A DNA stretch of 64,000 bases from Theionarchaea archaeon (lineage in GTDB: Archaea; Methanobacteriota_B; Thermococci; Methanofastidiosales; SZ-28-30). The stretch's first letter is position 1. Each line of letters starts with the position of its first letter. A program made the position numbers and the translations under genes. Under the pieces are notes generated by a model. The model had not been told where the DNA came from and made no database searches. It was given only the letters and a program-made list of their open reading frames with translations. Shown here piece by piece: positions 36,271-45,743 of the stretch. The DNA is taken from assembly GCA_018992685.1 (NCBI GenBank), contig JACVGT010000031.1, positions 4,185 through 68,184 on the forward strand, read 5' to 3'.

Positions 36271-37110
36271 TCACCTCACAGACAGCAAATTGCGTATTCT
36301 CCTCACCCTCTCCTCCCTGCTGAGAGAATCTTTTGCTGGATTCCTCTCTCCATACAATTCTCTGTGGTATACTGGCTTTTTCACTTCATAGAACACTCCG
36401 ATGTACAAGGGGTCCTGGATCCGGGCTGTATCAATGGCCTCTCCCAGTTTGTCTGGTGTCTCCTCCAGCAGTTTCACCTTTTCATTATACAGCCTGTATG
36501 TATCATTATACGTCACACATGGCTGAAGCACCTCTACCAGGGAGAATCCTTCATGTTCCACTGCCCTGACCAGCGTATCTGCCACATGGGGAATCTTTCC
36601 CGAATAGGTCCGCGCGACAAAGGTGCCCCCTGCCTCCAGGAGGAGAGCCAGAGGATTCAAGGGGTCTTCGACACTTCCTTCAGGTGTGGACCCTCCTTTG
36701 AATCCCTTTGTGCTGGTGGGCGTAAACTGGCCCGTTGTTAACCCGTATACCTTGTTGTCATGAACGACCACAGTGATGTCTGCATTCCGCTTGGCAGCAA
36801 AGAGCACATGGGCCAAGCCTTCACCATATGCATCTCCATCACCTACAAAGGTAATAACCTTTAGATCAGGATTGGCGAACTTCATGCCCTCCACAGTGGC
36901 CATGGATCTCCCGTGGATAGAATATAACCCACTGATCCTTAGGTAGTCAAAGATCTTCCCATGACATCCAATCCCAGCAGACATCATCAGTCTCTCTGTT
37001 CCAATCCCTTTCTCAGAGAGCATTTCCGCTGCCCTCTTCACTCCATTTAATATTCCGAAGTTACCACACCCCGGGCACCAGGTGTTCTCCGCATATGTTC
37101 TGAGTTCCAC
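36271..37110 (-). CDS. 2-oxoacid:ferredoxin oxidoreductase, beta (TPP-binding) subunit
   Basis: WCPGCGNFGIL...GCHGK...FVGDGDAYGEGLAH. The GTG start overlaps the alpha-subunit TAG stop by 1 nt. Confidence 0.9.
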   Translation of the reverse strand: MELRTYAENTWCPGCGNFGILNGVKRAAEMLSEKGIGTERLMMSAGIGCHGKIFDYLRISGLYSIHGRSMATVEGMKFANPDLKVITFVGDGDAYGEGLAHVLFAAKRNADITVVVHDNKVYGLTTGQFTPTSTKGFKGGSTPEGSVEDPLNPLALLLEAGGTFVARTYSGKIPHVADTLVRAVEHEGFSLVEVLQPCVTYNDTYRLYNEKVKLLEETPDKLGEAIDTARIQDPLYIGVFYEVKKPVYHRELYGERNPAKDSLSREERVRRIRNLLSVR

Positions 37111-38765
37111 TATACCGCCTCCTTGATGGCCAGTGCCAGGTTCTGTGGATCGAAGGGTCTCCCATCATACTTCGCAATAACCAGGGAATCAACCTGGGCT
37201 TTCTCTTTCAGTAGCGTGGCAAACTGCCCTGTTGAACTCTGTTCCACCACCACGGCCCTATCATATCCTGTGAATTCCCACACAGGAAACGGTCTCAAGT
37301 ACACGGGCTGCACCACGGTTGCATCAATGTCCCCTGCCCTGAGCGCTTCCAGGACACTCATGGTAGTACTCCCATAGGTCATGATAACAGGATGTCCTGG
37401 ATTATACACATTGACCGTCTTAATAGTCTTCAAATACTCGTGTAACTTTGAAAGCTTCTTCTTTCTCTTGTCGTGCATGGCCACAATCTTCTCTGCTTTG
37501 TCCGAGGTTATGCCGAATTCGTCATGTTCATAGCTGTTCCATTTTATCAGTTCAGATGACGGTGGGAACAACAACGGAGAGATCCCCGTTTCCGTAACTT
37601 CGTACCTCCTGTACTCACCCGAGTCGTGGGAGATAAAATCTGCCCACACTGCCTTTTCTGGGTCAATATTGACAGTATGGCTGCTCTCTGAAAGGTGTCT
37701 GTCCAGAACCAGCGTCCCAGGAGTCTGAAATCTCCAGACCAACAGTAGGAGTTCTGCTGCTTTGTAGTAAGCTTCTTCAACACTCCCCGGTGCTACCACG
37801 ATCCTGGGAAATTCCCCATGACCCTGGTTCACGGCAAACTCTAAGTCTCCCTGGTCAGTATAGGTAGGAACTCCTGTGGAAGGGCCGCTCCTGGAGGAGA
37901 GAACGAATACCACAGGTGCTTCAACCATTCCAGCCAAGGAGTACGTCTCTTCCATGAGGGCAAGCCCTCCTCCACTTGATCCCACCATGGTTTTTGCTCC
38001 AGCGAATGCAGCTCCCACTGCCATGTTGGCCACAGCTATCTCATTTTCGGGATGAATGGCCACAACCTGCAAATCACTCATGTGGGCTGCCAGAAAGTGA
38101 AGGATAGATGTGGAAGGAGTCATGGGATAGGCAAAGTACATGTCCAGTCCTGCACTGTATGCACCCAGTGCTGCTGCCTGATTGCCTGTCAGGGCGGATG
38201 ACTGGTGTGTTCCTTTTTCCAGATGAAATTTCCCCAGAACCTCTGAGGGAATCAACTCGTAGATCGCCCTGGCATAGTCAGCATTCTTCTCTCTATCTCG
38301 AGGATACTCTTTCTTGATGATTTCTTCCGCCTGGTTCACAGGCATGCCAATGGCAGCGGCCAGCACTGTCACAGAACCCACACCCATTCTCAGTTCTGGA
38401 TTGGGGGGATATTTTTTGGCTTCTGATTTCATAGGGATCCCTATCCCTCTGGCACCTTCTCCCACCTCGTCAGAATTATACACCACGACCCCTGTTGGCT
38501 TCACATGGGATTGATGTTCCAGATAACTCCTCTCGTCGTGAAGCACCATGAGATCTGCTTCCATGTAGTGGCTGGTGATTGTATCTGCAGCTGTGCTCAC
38601 CACTGAAAAATTGTGACCTCCCCTGATGAGACTCGGGTAATCATCCATCTCAAAAGAAGCTCTGCCCATCCTAGTAAATATGCTCATGGCCACAGTTCCC
38701 GCTTTCTTGACACCTTCGCCTGCTCTACCGCCCACTAGATAGGTAAATACTTCATTCTTCTTCAT
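37110..38765 (-). CDS. 2-oxoacid:ferredoxin oxidoreductase, fused gamma-alpha subunit
   Basis: N-terminal gamma-like GGRAGEGVKKAG...SLIRGGHN is followed by the alpha domain (GNQAAALGAYSAGLDMYFAYPMTPST...). There is no delta ferredoxin subunit, as in the two-subunit archaeal type. ATG 38765 follows SD GGTGAT. Confidence 0.9.
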   Translation of the reverse strand: MKKNEVFTYLVGGRAGEGVKKAGTVAMSIFTRMGRASFEMDDYPSLIRGGHNFSVVSTAADTITSHYMEADLMVLHDERSYLEHQSHVKPTGVVVYNSDEVGEGARGIGIPMKSEAKKYPPNPELRMGVGSVTVLAAAIGMPVNQAEEIIKKEYPRDREKNADYARAIYELIPSEVLGKFHLEKGTHQSSALTGNQAAALGAYSAGLDMYFAYPMTPSTSILHFLAAHMSDLQVVAIHPENEIAVANMAVGAAFAGAKTMVGSSGGGLALMEETYSLAGMVEAPVVFVLSSRSGPSTGVPTYTDQGDLEFAVNQGHGEFPRIVVAPGSVEEAYYKAAELLLLVWRFQTPGTLVLDRHLSESSHTVNIDPEKAVWADFISHDSGEYRRYEVTETGISPLLFPPSSELIKWNSYEHDEFGITSDKAEKIVAMHDKRKKKLSKLHEYLKTIKTVNVYNPGHPVIMTYGSTTMSVLEALRAGDIDATVVQPVYLRPFPVWEFTGYDRAVVVEQSSTGQFATLLKEKAQVDSLVIAKYDGRPFDPQNLALAIKEAV

Positions 38766-38810
38766 GGTATCACCATTCAAAAGGAAAGAAGTGTAGATGG
38801 AAGTTTTATG

Positions 38811-39647
38811 CTATATCAAGCCGGCCTGAAATGCTCCTGATGCCAGGGTAATGATGAGCAGTACAATTGCTGTTCTACTGAGCCAAATGTGCGCCCTGCG
38901 AATACCGGGGCTGGGAGGTTTCCGCCCTAGTGAGACAATTCCCACTGCGGGTGTCAGCAACGTGACGACAAGAGTTGCTATCCCCACGTATGCATGGGAC
39001 ACTCTGAAATGAGGTCCTCCGCTTGCAGATACCATGTGTAATGCCAGAGAGAGACCCAGTATTACGAGAATGACTCCCAGGGTTCCTACGATCTTGTGTA
39101 CTTGCAGCCAGGAGGTCTTGGGAGTTCTGTTCACTGCATTGGTTGCCGCCACAAGTGCCAGTATGAGCCCAGAAACCATCAACCCTGCATGGAATGGCCA
39201 TAATTCAGGGACAGTAGTTGGAGTAATCGGCCCTCCAACAGTCAGTGACCCAGAAATAGATCCTCCTCGATTGCAGTCAGCGGTCACATCTACAGTACCT
39301 CCAGAGTCTGCAGGCAGAACAAACTGGTAGGTAAATCGGGAATCTGTGGGCTGGCTCTCGTATTCATACGTTGTCACTTCACCATTCAGGCTGATTTGGA
39401 TTCGATTTACAAAGTGGGCTGCAGGATCAGAGACCGAATGGACAAGAGTGACCTGAAGCGTTTGAGAATCCACGTCGTAATCAAGCAGAATGTCAGAAGG
39501 GGGGTGAGCGCACACAGGCTGGAGCACAGCCAGAGAGCCGAGGAACAGAACGCCCAGCATGAGCACGAGACCACGAGAATGCCTCCAAGAGCTGCCCTGC
39601 TTTTGAGTTGCAGGTGATTTCCTGAGAGATAAAGGATTTCGATTCAT
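38811..39647 (-). CDS. membrane protein: signal peptide, beta-rich ectodomain and 4-TM His-rich (cytochrome-b-like?) domain
   Basis: ATG 39647 follows SD GGAGGT. The ectodomain is HPPSDILLDYDVDSQTLQVTLVHSV...HFVNRIQISLNGEV. The four TM helices carry conserved-looking His residues (FHAGLMV; VHKIVG...LALHMV; SHAYVG; AHIWLS). Confidence 0.55.
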   Translation of the reverse strand: MNRNPLSLRKSPATQKQGSSWRHSRGLVLMLGVLFLGSLAVLQPVCAHPPSDILLDYDVDSQTLQVTLVHSVSDPAAHFVNRIQISLNGEVTTYEYESQPTDSRFTYQFVLPADSGGTVDVTADCNRGGSISGSLTVGGPITPTTVPELWPFHAGLMVSGLILALVAATNAVNRTPKTSWLQVHKIVGTLGVILVILGLSLALHMVSASGGPHFRVSHAYVGIATLVVTLLTPAVGIVSLGRKPPSPGIRRAHIWLSRTAIVLLIITLASGAFQAGLI

Positions 39648-39660
39648 GTCAACCTCCTCG

Positions 39661-39948
39661 TCACTTTTTTTCAGTGAGTTCTTCCACTTCTTGCCTGCCT
39701 TCTTCCAGCTCTCGCACCTGTTCTTCATCTATTCTCAACAGCATGGTCTGAAACTCCCCAACGTGAGTCTTCTCTTCGCCTGCAATGTCCAGAAGAACCT
39801 TCTTGATGTCTTCATCCCTGGCCACGGCTGCCATTTGCTCGTACAGGTTAATTGCGTCCAGTTCTGCAATCACTGCTGCCCTCAGAATTTCTTTATCCAG
39901 ATCTTCCTTTTTTACTTTGTCCAAATTTATTGGTATTGTGGATAACAT
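39661..39948 (-). CDS. encapsulated-ferritin-like (EncFtn/Flp family) ferritin-like protein
   Basis: AELDAINLYEQ...IAGEEKTHVGEF aligns by eye with the EncFtn ferroxidase residues (ExxE..Y and EEKEH). 95 aa. SD AGGAGG upstream. Confidence 0.65.
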   Translation of the reverse strand: MLSTIPINLDKVKKEDLDKEILRAAVIAELDAINLYEQMAAVARDEDIKKVLLDIAGEEKTHVGEFQTMLLRIDEEQVRELEEGRQEVEELTEKK

Positions 39949-40126
39949 GTTTCTTCCTCCTTACACCTATGGTCAGCCATTGTTTTAAAGTTTCTCATAA
40001 TTTCCACCGAGAAAGCGACCTTTCTGGAACCGGTGGCTCCATTTCAACGTGTCCACAGGAGATTGAGCAGGACTAGAAACTCTCTGACCGGGTTCATTTC
40101 AGCGCCTCCCGCTGCCACCGGCTTCC

Positions 40127-40954
40127 CTACTTGAGGCCCTTCCTGATAGATGCCATGGCTGCTACCAGATCTCTCCACTCCCCAGACGAGAGTCCCCCCT
40201 CAGGTTCAAGAGTTACCAGTCCAGAGTATCCCCAGCTCTTGATAGTTCTCACTGCTTCCCAAAATCCAAATGGCGAATTATTTAATACCCAGGTAGCATT
40301 TTCCAGCGTTCCCCGAAGGTGTACATTAATAATGCGGTCTTTCACTGATTCGAACCGTTCGAGCTCGTTGTACAGAGCTGCCCATCTGATATCCAGTGTT
40401 ATCCACTCAACCTGTTCCATCAACATAAAAGGAGTAGTACGCTCCGTGTGGGTGGGAACATTCTCTACACTCGCTTTGACAGTATAGGAGGGCGTGATGT
40501 CGCCTAGCCATCCACCCAGAGCGGTCACATCAACGTGTTGCTTCCATGTATCCCATAGGTGGAAAACGCAGACACCCGCTTGAAGGGACTCTGCCAGGAA
40601 GAGGGATTGTCCAATCATGTCTTTCCCTTTCTCTATATCCTGGCTGCTGCCACACAGGTAAATTCCCACATCTCTGTTGGCATGAACAGACAAGACAGGT
40701 AGCTCCCTAAAATGAGTTATCAGGTCCTCTGTAGTGTATTTGGAGCTCTTCTCCCAGGCATTGTGTCTGTCTCCTGTGACATCGTCTCTCGGTGTGTGCT
40801 CACTGTTCCACTCTGCCAGATACTGCACTTCGAATCCATCCACTGCTGATTCCTTCAAGAGACTTTTCATCACAGTGATGGTGCCTGAGAGATCGTAATA
40901 CGGCTTTCTCAGGATCGCAGTAGCAGGAGCTGAGGAAATCGCCAGGTCATGCAT
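40127..40954 (-). CDS. xylose-isomerase-like TIM-barrel protein
   Basis: Strand pattern GFEVQ, VLSVHA, VCVFHLWD, ASVENVP, ITLDIRW, IINVHL, VTLEPEG. Confidence 0.6.
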   Translation of the reverse strand: MHDLAISSAPATAILRKPYYDLSGTITVMKSLLKESAVDGFEVQYLAEWNSEHTPRDDVTGDRHNAWEKSSKYTTEDLITHFRELPVLSVHANRDVGIYLCGSSQDIEKGKDMIGQSLFLAESLQAGVCVFHLWDTWKQHVDVTALGGWLGDITPSYTVKASVENVPTHTERTTPFMLMEQVEWITLDIRWAALYNELERFESVKDRIINVHLRGTLENATWVLNNSPFGFWEAVRTIKSWGYSGLVTLEPEGGLSSGEWRDLVAAMASIRKGLK

Positions 40955-41286
40955 GGTATCCCCATGGTACCAGTTATTATACCCTTTCCCTGCAGCTAGC
41001 TAAAGGATCGGCATCTTCCTTCCTCTTCCACTACATTTATATACCCCATATACATACGTAATGCTGACCGGGAGGGTATATCCCCGAGAGGCTCGACAAA
41101 CTATTGCCCCCATAAATCTTTTTTTCAAACACAATAGCCTCTAGAGGAGAGCCCATATCCCGGTTTTTCACCCGCGTTTGACAGTATGGAATGAAGAGGA
41201 AAACCAGAATAAGGGATACTCTCCAGTAATTATTCTCCGAATCTCAAACAGTCCATCAAGATCTCACGTAGCACTATTTCCCGCGA

Positions 41287-41685
41287 TTATTCTTCTTTCT
41301 CTAAGGATTCATATACATATCTTCCTTTTTTGTTCCTGCTTTCTCGTTTTGTCAGTTTGCCCTTTCGTATCAGCCCTTCCAGGATTCTCTCCACACGCTC
41401 TTTGTCATTGACCTTGTACTTGTTGTTGAGAGCTGCAATAGAGAGTGATTCCTTCTTCAATCTGCTGAGGAAGTAACTAGCCAACTGTTCATCATCACGT
41501 TCATCTTCCTCGGCCTTCGGTGCCTTTTCAGGTTCAGAACCCGGTTTTGGAGGCTGAGGCTCGCTTATGGTACGTTCTCTTTCGATAATTGAAAAAATCA
41601 CATCCCTGGGAGTCATCTCCAACAGTTCTGATACTTCATCCAGTGTCTTATTTCCATGATTAAGAATATCCTTTGTCTTCGGCAT
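41287..41685 (-). CDS. hypothetical HTH plus wHTH protein with acidic linker
   Basis: ATG 41685 follows SD GGTGGT. MPKTKDILNHGNKTLDEVSELLEMTPRDVIF, then an acidic linker, then LSIAALNNKYKVNDKERVERILEGLIRKGKL. Confidence 0.5.
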   Translation of the reverse strand: MPKTKDILNHGNKTLDEVSELLEMTPRDVIFSIIERERTISEPQPPKPGSEPEKAPKAEEDERDDEQLASYFLSRLKKESLSIAALNNKYKVNDKERVERILEGLIRKGKLTKRESRNKKGRYVYESLEKEE

Positions 41686-41849
41686 GATACCACCTATTTT
41701 TCTTCTGAAACGTGTCCCCATGACGGGGGGCAGTGATGCATCCGAGCTGTATCAGGTAAAGATCAGGCATAGCTGCACTCTTCTCTTCTCCTAGGTTTAA
41801 AAGCATTATGGATCATTTGATTTTCCTCCTCCAGGAGTGAACGCCAACA

Positions 41850-41857
41850 TTTATAAA
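41850..41857 (+). promoter_or_regulatory. TATA-like box (TTTATAAA)
   Basis: It lies 29 nt upstream of ATG 41879. Confidence 0.45.
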
Positions 41858-41878
41858 TCACAGAACAAAAAACCCGCA

Positions 41879-42298
41879 ATGAATAAACTGGTATATCTCT
41901 TTGTAATCATCATTGCACTGGGAGCTGTCTATTTGCTGTTTCCGCAGGAACAATCGTTGTCTACACAGGCCACTACTCTGGAAGAGGCCGTTCTGATGGC
42001 CAGAGAACAGGACAAACTTGTATTCCTCTACATCAATTCCCAGAACTGTCCCTACTGTCGTATTCTGGAAGAGGAGTTTGCAGAATCCGAGGAATTTCAA
42101 ACAGTGGTTCATGAAGATTACATCTGGATAACCCTGGATTTCACCCAGAACCTCAACCTGGCCAGACGGTTCGGTCTGCAGGGCCCACCTGCTATGATAA
42201 TTCTGGATCAGAATGGTACTGCCATCACAGGCATACCAGGGTATCCTCCAGAGGGTGTCCGGGATGTTATTTCCATGTTGAAAGAGGTCGCGAAATGA
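41879..42298 (+). CDS. membrane-anchored thioredoxin-fold protein
   Basis: TM anchor LVYLFVIIIALGAVYLLF. CPYC active-site motif in YINSQNCPYCRILEEEF. Confidence 0.75.
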   Translation: MNKLVYLFVIIIALGAVYLLFPQEQSLSTQATTLEEAVLMAREQDKLVFLYINSQNCPYCRILEEEFAESEEFQTVVHEDYIWITLDFTQNLNLARRFGLQGPPAMIILDQNGTAITGIPGYPPEGVRDVISMLKEVAK

Positions 42299-44070
42299 GT
42301 TTTTCGAGTTTTGATGTGCGAGAAATGTCACAAGAACTCCAAGAAATCGTGGGCATGCGGTGTAATACTGTCTACCAGATTGACCATCTGGTGAGGATCA
42401 AGCTCTTCGGAAGGGGGAGAAAAGACCTGGTCATCTCAAAAGAGGCGTTCTATGTTACGAGGTATCCACGTCGAGCTCCTCAGAAAGCCACCAACTTTGC
42501 CATGTTGCTGAGAAAATACCTGAAGGGTTGCTGGCTGTACGGGATTACCCAAGTGAATTTTGACAGGATTGTGGAATTTCATTTTGGCTATGACCAGGAA
42601 CCTCGCTTTGTTCTGGTGGCAGAGCTCTTCGGGAAAGGAAATATCATCCTGCATTCAGAGGATGAGATCATTGGAGTACTGCGCAAGGAAAAATGGAAGG
42701 ATCGCATACTCTATCCTCATAAAAAGTATTCATATCCTCCCACCAGGCTATCAATTGACATTCCTTTTGCAGACTTTGAAAAACTGAAAATCCAGACAGA
42801 AAAAGATCTGGCAGTGAGCTTCAATTTTGGGAACCTGTATGCCAGAGAAATCTTTCTCAGAGCAGAGAGTTCATCTGCAGAGGACCTGTATGAAGCAATG
42901 CACTCTTTTGAAAGGAAGCCAAATATCCCTGGGGAAAACGATGTAGTCCCCTTTGAACTCTTGGTGTACCAGGATTCTGAAAAGGAATTCTTTCCAAGCT
43001 TCACTGAAGCAGTGGATGAATTCTACAGAAGAAAAGAAGATGTCCTTGCAGGAGAGGAATTCGAATCAGAAGAAGAGAAAATCTTAAGATCACAGGAGGA
43101 TGCTGTCAAAGACTTTGAGGCAAAAAGGGATTTCTACAAGACGTGTGGAGATCTCATTTACCAGAACTATGCCCTGGTGGAAGATGTGTTGAAAACTCTC
43201 ATGGAAGTCAGAAAGACCCATTCCTGGGAGGAAATCATTTCCATAATACAGGAAAGTGACAACGAAACTGCATCAAAAATCACGGATGTTGACTACCGTA
43301 ACGGAAAAGTCACTGTTGCCCTGGAAGAACCCGTCACGCTTGATCTAACCTTGAATATTAATGAAAATGCGGCAGACTTCTACGAGAAGGCCAAGAAGAT
43401 GGAAAGAAAAATCGTGGGTGCCAGGAAAGCCATGAAGAAACCAAGGAAGCAGAAGAAGCCATCCCTCCCAAAACGGACAATCCTGCGAAAGAGAGAATGG
43501 TACGAGACATTTCACTGGTGCCTCTCTTCTGAAGGCCATCTCATGCTCGGAGGGAGGGACACCAGGACCAATGAGCTCCTGGTTAAAAAATACATGGAGC
43601 CCAGTGATGTGTACGTTCATGCTGACATACAGGGTGCTCCTTCAGTCGTTGTGAAGAATGGGCAAAACGCATCTTCCGACACCATACTGGAGGCTGCCCA
43701 ATTTGCAGCTTCCTACTCCAGAGCGTGGAATCACTTTGGGTCTCTGGAGTGCTACTGGGTATATCCTGAGCAAGTGACCAAGAGTCCCCCTTCAGGCGAG
43801 TATTTGACTCCGGGGGCGTTCTTCATTGCAGGGTCCAAGAATTTCCTCAATGTGGACCTGGGCATTGCCCTGGGGCTGCATAAAGAGAAGATCATGGGCG
43901 GCCCTGAATCCGCAGTGAAGACTCATGCTTCAGCCTATGTAGTGGTGGGATTTGGGGACGAAAAGAAGGAAAAACTGGCCAAGCAGATTGGGAAGATACT
44001 GGACTACCCGGATATTGATGAGATCATACGGGCCCTCCCTGGAAAAGGCAGGGTTCTCAGCAGGAAGTAG
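42295..44070 (+). CDS. NFACT-family protein (archaeal Rqc2/NEMF/FbpA homolog)
   Basis: The N-terminal NFACT-N region has the DR catalytic pair (NFDRIVEF). A coiled-coil middle follows. The NFACT-R/DUF814 region is LSSEGHLMLGGRDTRTNELLVKKYMEPSDVYVHADIQGAPSVVV. ATGA overlap with the upstream gene. Confidence 0.85.
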   Translation: MSFSSFDVREMSQELQEIVGMRCNTVYQIDHLVRIKLFGRGRKDLVISKEAFYVTRYPRRAPQKATNFAMLLRKYLKGCWLYGITQVNFDRIVEFHFGYDQEPRFVLVAELFGKGNIILHSEDEIIGVLRKEKWKDRILYPHKKYSYPPTRLSIDIPFADFEKLKIQTEKDLAVSFNFGNLYAREIFLRAESSSAEDLYEAMHSFERKPNIPGENDVVPFELLVYQDSEKEFFPSFTEAVDEFYRRKEDVLAGEEFESEEEKILRSQEDAVKDFEAKRDFYKTCGDLIYQNYALVEDVLKTLMEVRKTHSWEEIISIIQESDNETASKITDVDYRNGKVTVALEEPVTLDLTLNINENAADFYEKAKKMERKIVGARKAMKKPRKQKKPSLPKRTILRKREWYETFHWCLSSEGHLMLGGRDTRTNELLVKKYMEPSDVYVHADIQGAPSVVVKNGQNASSDTILEAAQFAASYSRAWNHFGSLECYWVYPEQVTKSPPSGEYLTPGAFFIAGSKNFLNVDLGIALGLHKEKIMGGPESAVKTHASAYVVVGFGDEKKEKLAKQIGKILDYPDIDEIIRALPGKGRVLSRK

Positions 44071-44410
44071 CGGCTTTTGCTCGACGAGCTTATTTTCTTC
44101 ATTTGAAACTCGGTGGATAATTAGAGATCGAGGTCATGACTGCACCTGGGTTGAGGGGTTGCGATCTGGGTTCTGAGAGAATAGCACCCATCATATCTGG
44201 GGTTCGAGGTAGCTACCAAGGCGGGGTACCATGAGGTCTGTGTCATCAGACAGAGTGATGAATGTTGTCTATGAGTCTTTCCTGGCACGAATCCGTGACC
44301 TCAAAAATCCTGGAGAAAAGGGTGAGACATTGGGTGTCTATTACATGAGATCCACCAATCAGTAGCCTGAAAGAAAGCCACAGAGGTTACCGGCGATTTC
44401 TGCTATTACA

Positions 44411-44418
44411 TTTATATC
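44411..44418 (+). promoter_or_regulatory. TATA-like box (TTTATATC) for the hdr operon
   Basis: It lies 41 nt upstream of ATG 44452. The short leader contains a 6-bp hairpin (ACTCAC-N10-GTGAGT) and GTGAT. Confidence 0.4.
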
Positions 44419-44451
44419 AACTCACACGAATAGAAGTGAGTTTGTGATACC

Positions 44452-44916
44452 ATGAGAGAGATCAACTTTCGTGATGCAGACAACGCCCTGAGAGATACTG
44501 TAAAGGAATTCGATGATACTATTACATACTGTTTTCAATGTGGCACCTGTACAGCCTCATGTCCAGTTTTTGAGGTCTATCCGGATTATAATCCACGAAA
44601 GATTATTCGAATGCTTTTACTGGGAATGAAAGAGGTCCTATCAGAAGACTTTGTGTGGTTATGCAGTTCCTGTTATGCCTGTCAGGAGAGATGTCCCCAG
44701 GGTGTTCTCATACCTCACCTGATGAGGGCACTGACAAACATGGCTTTTTCTGAGGGGTATGTGCCCCGAGGTGTCTTGGACCAATATCAGAAAGTCAGGA
44801 AAGAAGGAGTTTTGTACAGGGCGTCTTCGTATGACAACAGAAAGAGAAAGAACCTCGGTCTGGAAAAACGTACTGAAGAATATGATGTCTCAAAGATTTT
44901 CGAGGGACAACCATGA
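44452..44916 (+). CDS. hdrC: heterodisulfide reductase subunit C
   Basis: CFQCGTCTASCPV and CSSCYACQERCPQGV. Confidence 0.85.
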   Translation: MREINFRDADNALRDTVKEFDDTITYCFQCGTCTASCPVFEVYPDYNPRKIIRMLLLGMKEVLSEDFVWLCSSCYACQERCPQGVLIPHLMRALTNMAFSEGYVPRGVLDQYQKVRKEGVLYRASSYDNRKRKNLGLEKRTEEYDVSKIFEGQP

Positions 44917-45743
44917 CATATGCTCTCTATACTGGTTGTACAACCCCTGTCGTTGCCCCAAATTATGAAGTATCTGCCAGAAGAGTGTGTGAATCCCTCG
45001 ATATTGACCTTGAACTATTGCATGCACCCTGTTGTGGCAACCCCATAAAGCCGATACGTGAGACGGAAGCAGTGGCCATGGCCCTCCACGTCCTGGGCCT
45101 GGCAGGTGACACCAACTTGATGACCCTGTGCAGCGCGTGCAGGTCTTCTCTGCTGGAAGCCAGGGAAAAGGCCTCTCCGGAATTTCTGGATAGATTACAT
45201 CTTGATGAAGAAACCATTCAGATGCTGCAGATCAACCATTTCATACAGGTTCTGTACGAGGATATTGGACTGAATCGTCTGAGAAAAAAAATAGAAAGAC
45301 CATTGGACGTCAGAGTGGCTGTGCATTATGGGTGCCACTTGTACCGTCCTGCTTCTCTCTACAGAGAGGACCCTGAATACCCTCATTCACTGGATGATCT
45401 GGTGGAAATCTGTGGAGCACATTCAGTTTCGTACAGGAGGAAATCCATGTGCTGTGGCTCTCCTGTCATGGGAGTGAATTTTGATGTATCAATGGAAATG
45501 ACTGCCAGGAAACTGCAGGATATTAAGGAGAAGGCAGATATCATGATTATCACCTGTTCTGGATGCGGATTCATGTTTGATAGGAAGCAGAAAAGTGCAG
45601 AGTCCTTTGCAGGAGAGTTGAATATTCCTGTCCTGTACTATTCTCAGTTTCTTGGGTTGGCCCTGGGGATTCCTCCCGAGACCCTGGGATTTGAAATTAA
45701 CAGAGTGCCAGTGAAATCATTCCTGGAGAAGGTGCTGCCGTGA
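44913..45743 (+). CDS. hdrB: heterodisulfide reductase subunit B
   Basis: Two CCG domains (LHAPCCGNPIK; KSMCCGSPVMG). 4-nt overlap with hdrC. Confidence 0.88.
   Translation: MTYALYTGCTTPVVAPNYEVSARRVCESLDIDLELLHAPCCGNPIKPIRETEAVAMALHVLGLAGDTNLMTLCSACRSSLLEAREKASPEFLDRLHLDEETIQMLQINHFIQVLYEDIGLNRLRKKIERPLDVRVAVHYGCHLYRPASLYREDPEYPHSLDDLVEICGAHSVSYRRKSMCCGSPVMGVNFDVSMEMTARKLQDIKEKADIMIITCSGCGFMFDRKQKSAESFAGELNIPVLYYSQFLGLALGIPPETLGFEINRVPVKSFLEKVLP

Noticed and set aside
40127-40954. The 275-aa neighbour of the EncFtn-like gene considered as a candidate encapsulin shell protein
   Set aside because: Its sequence shows the alternating strand/acidic pattern of a xylose-isomerase-like TIM barrel and no HK97-fold features.
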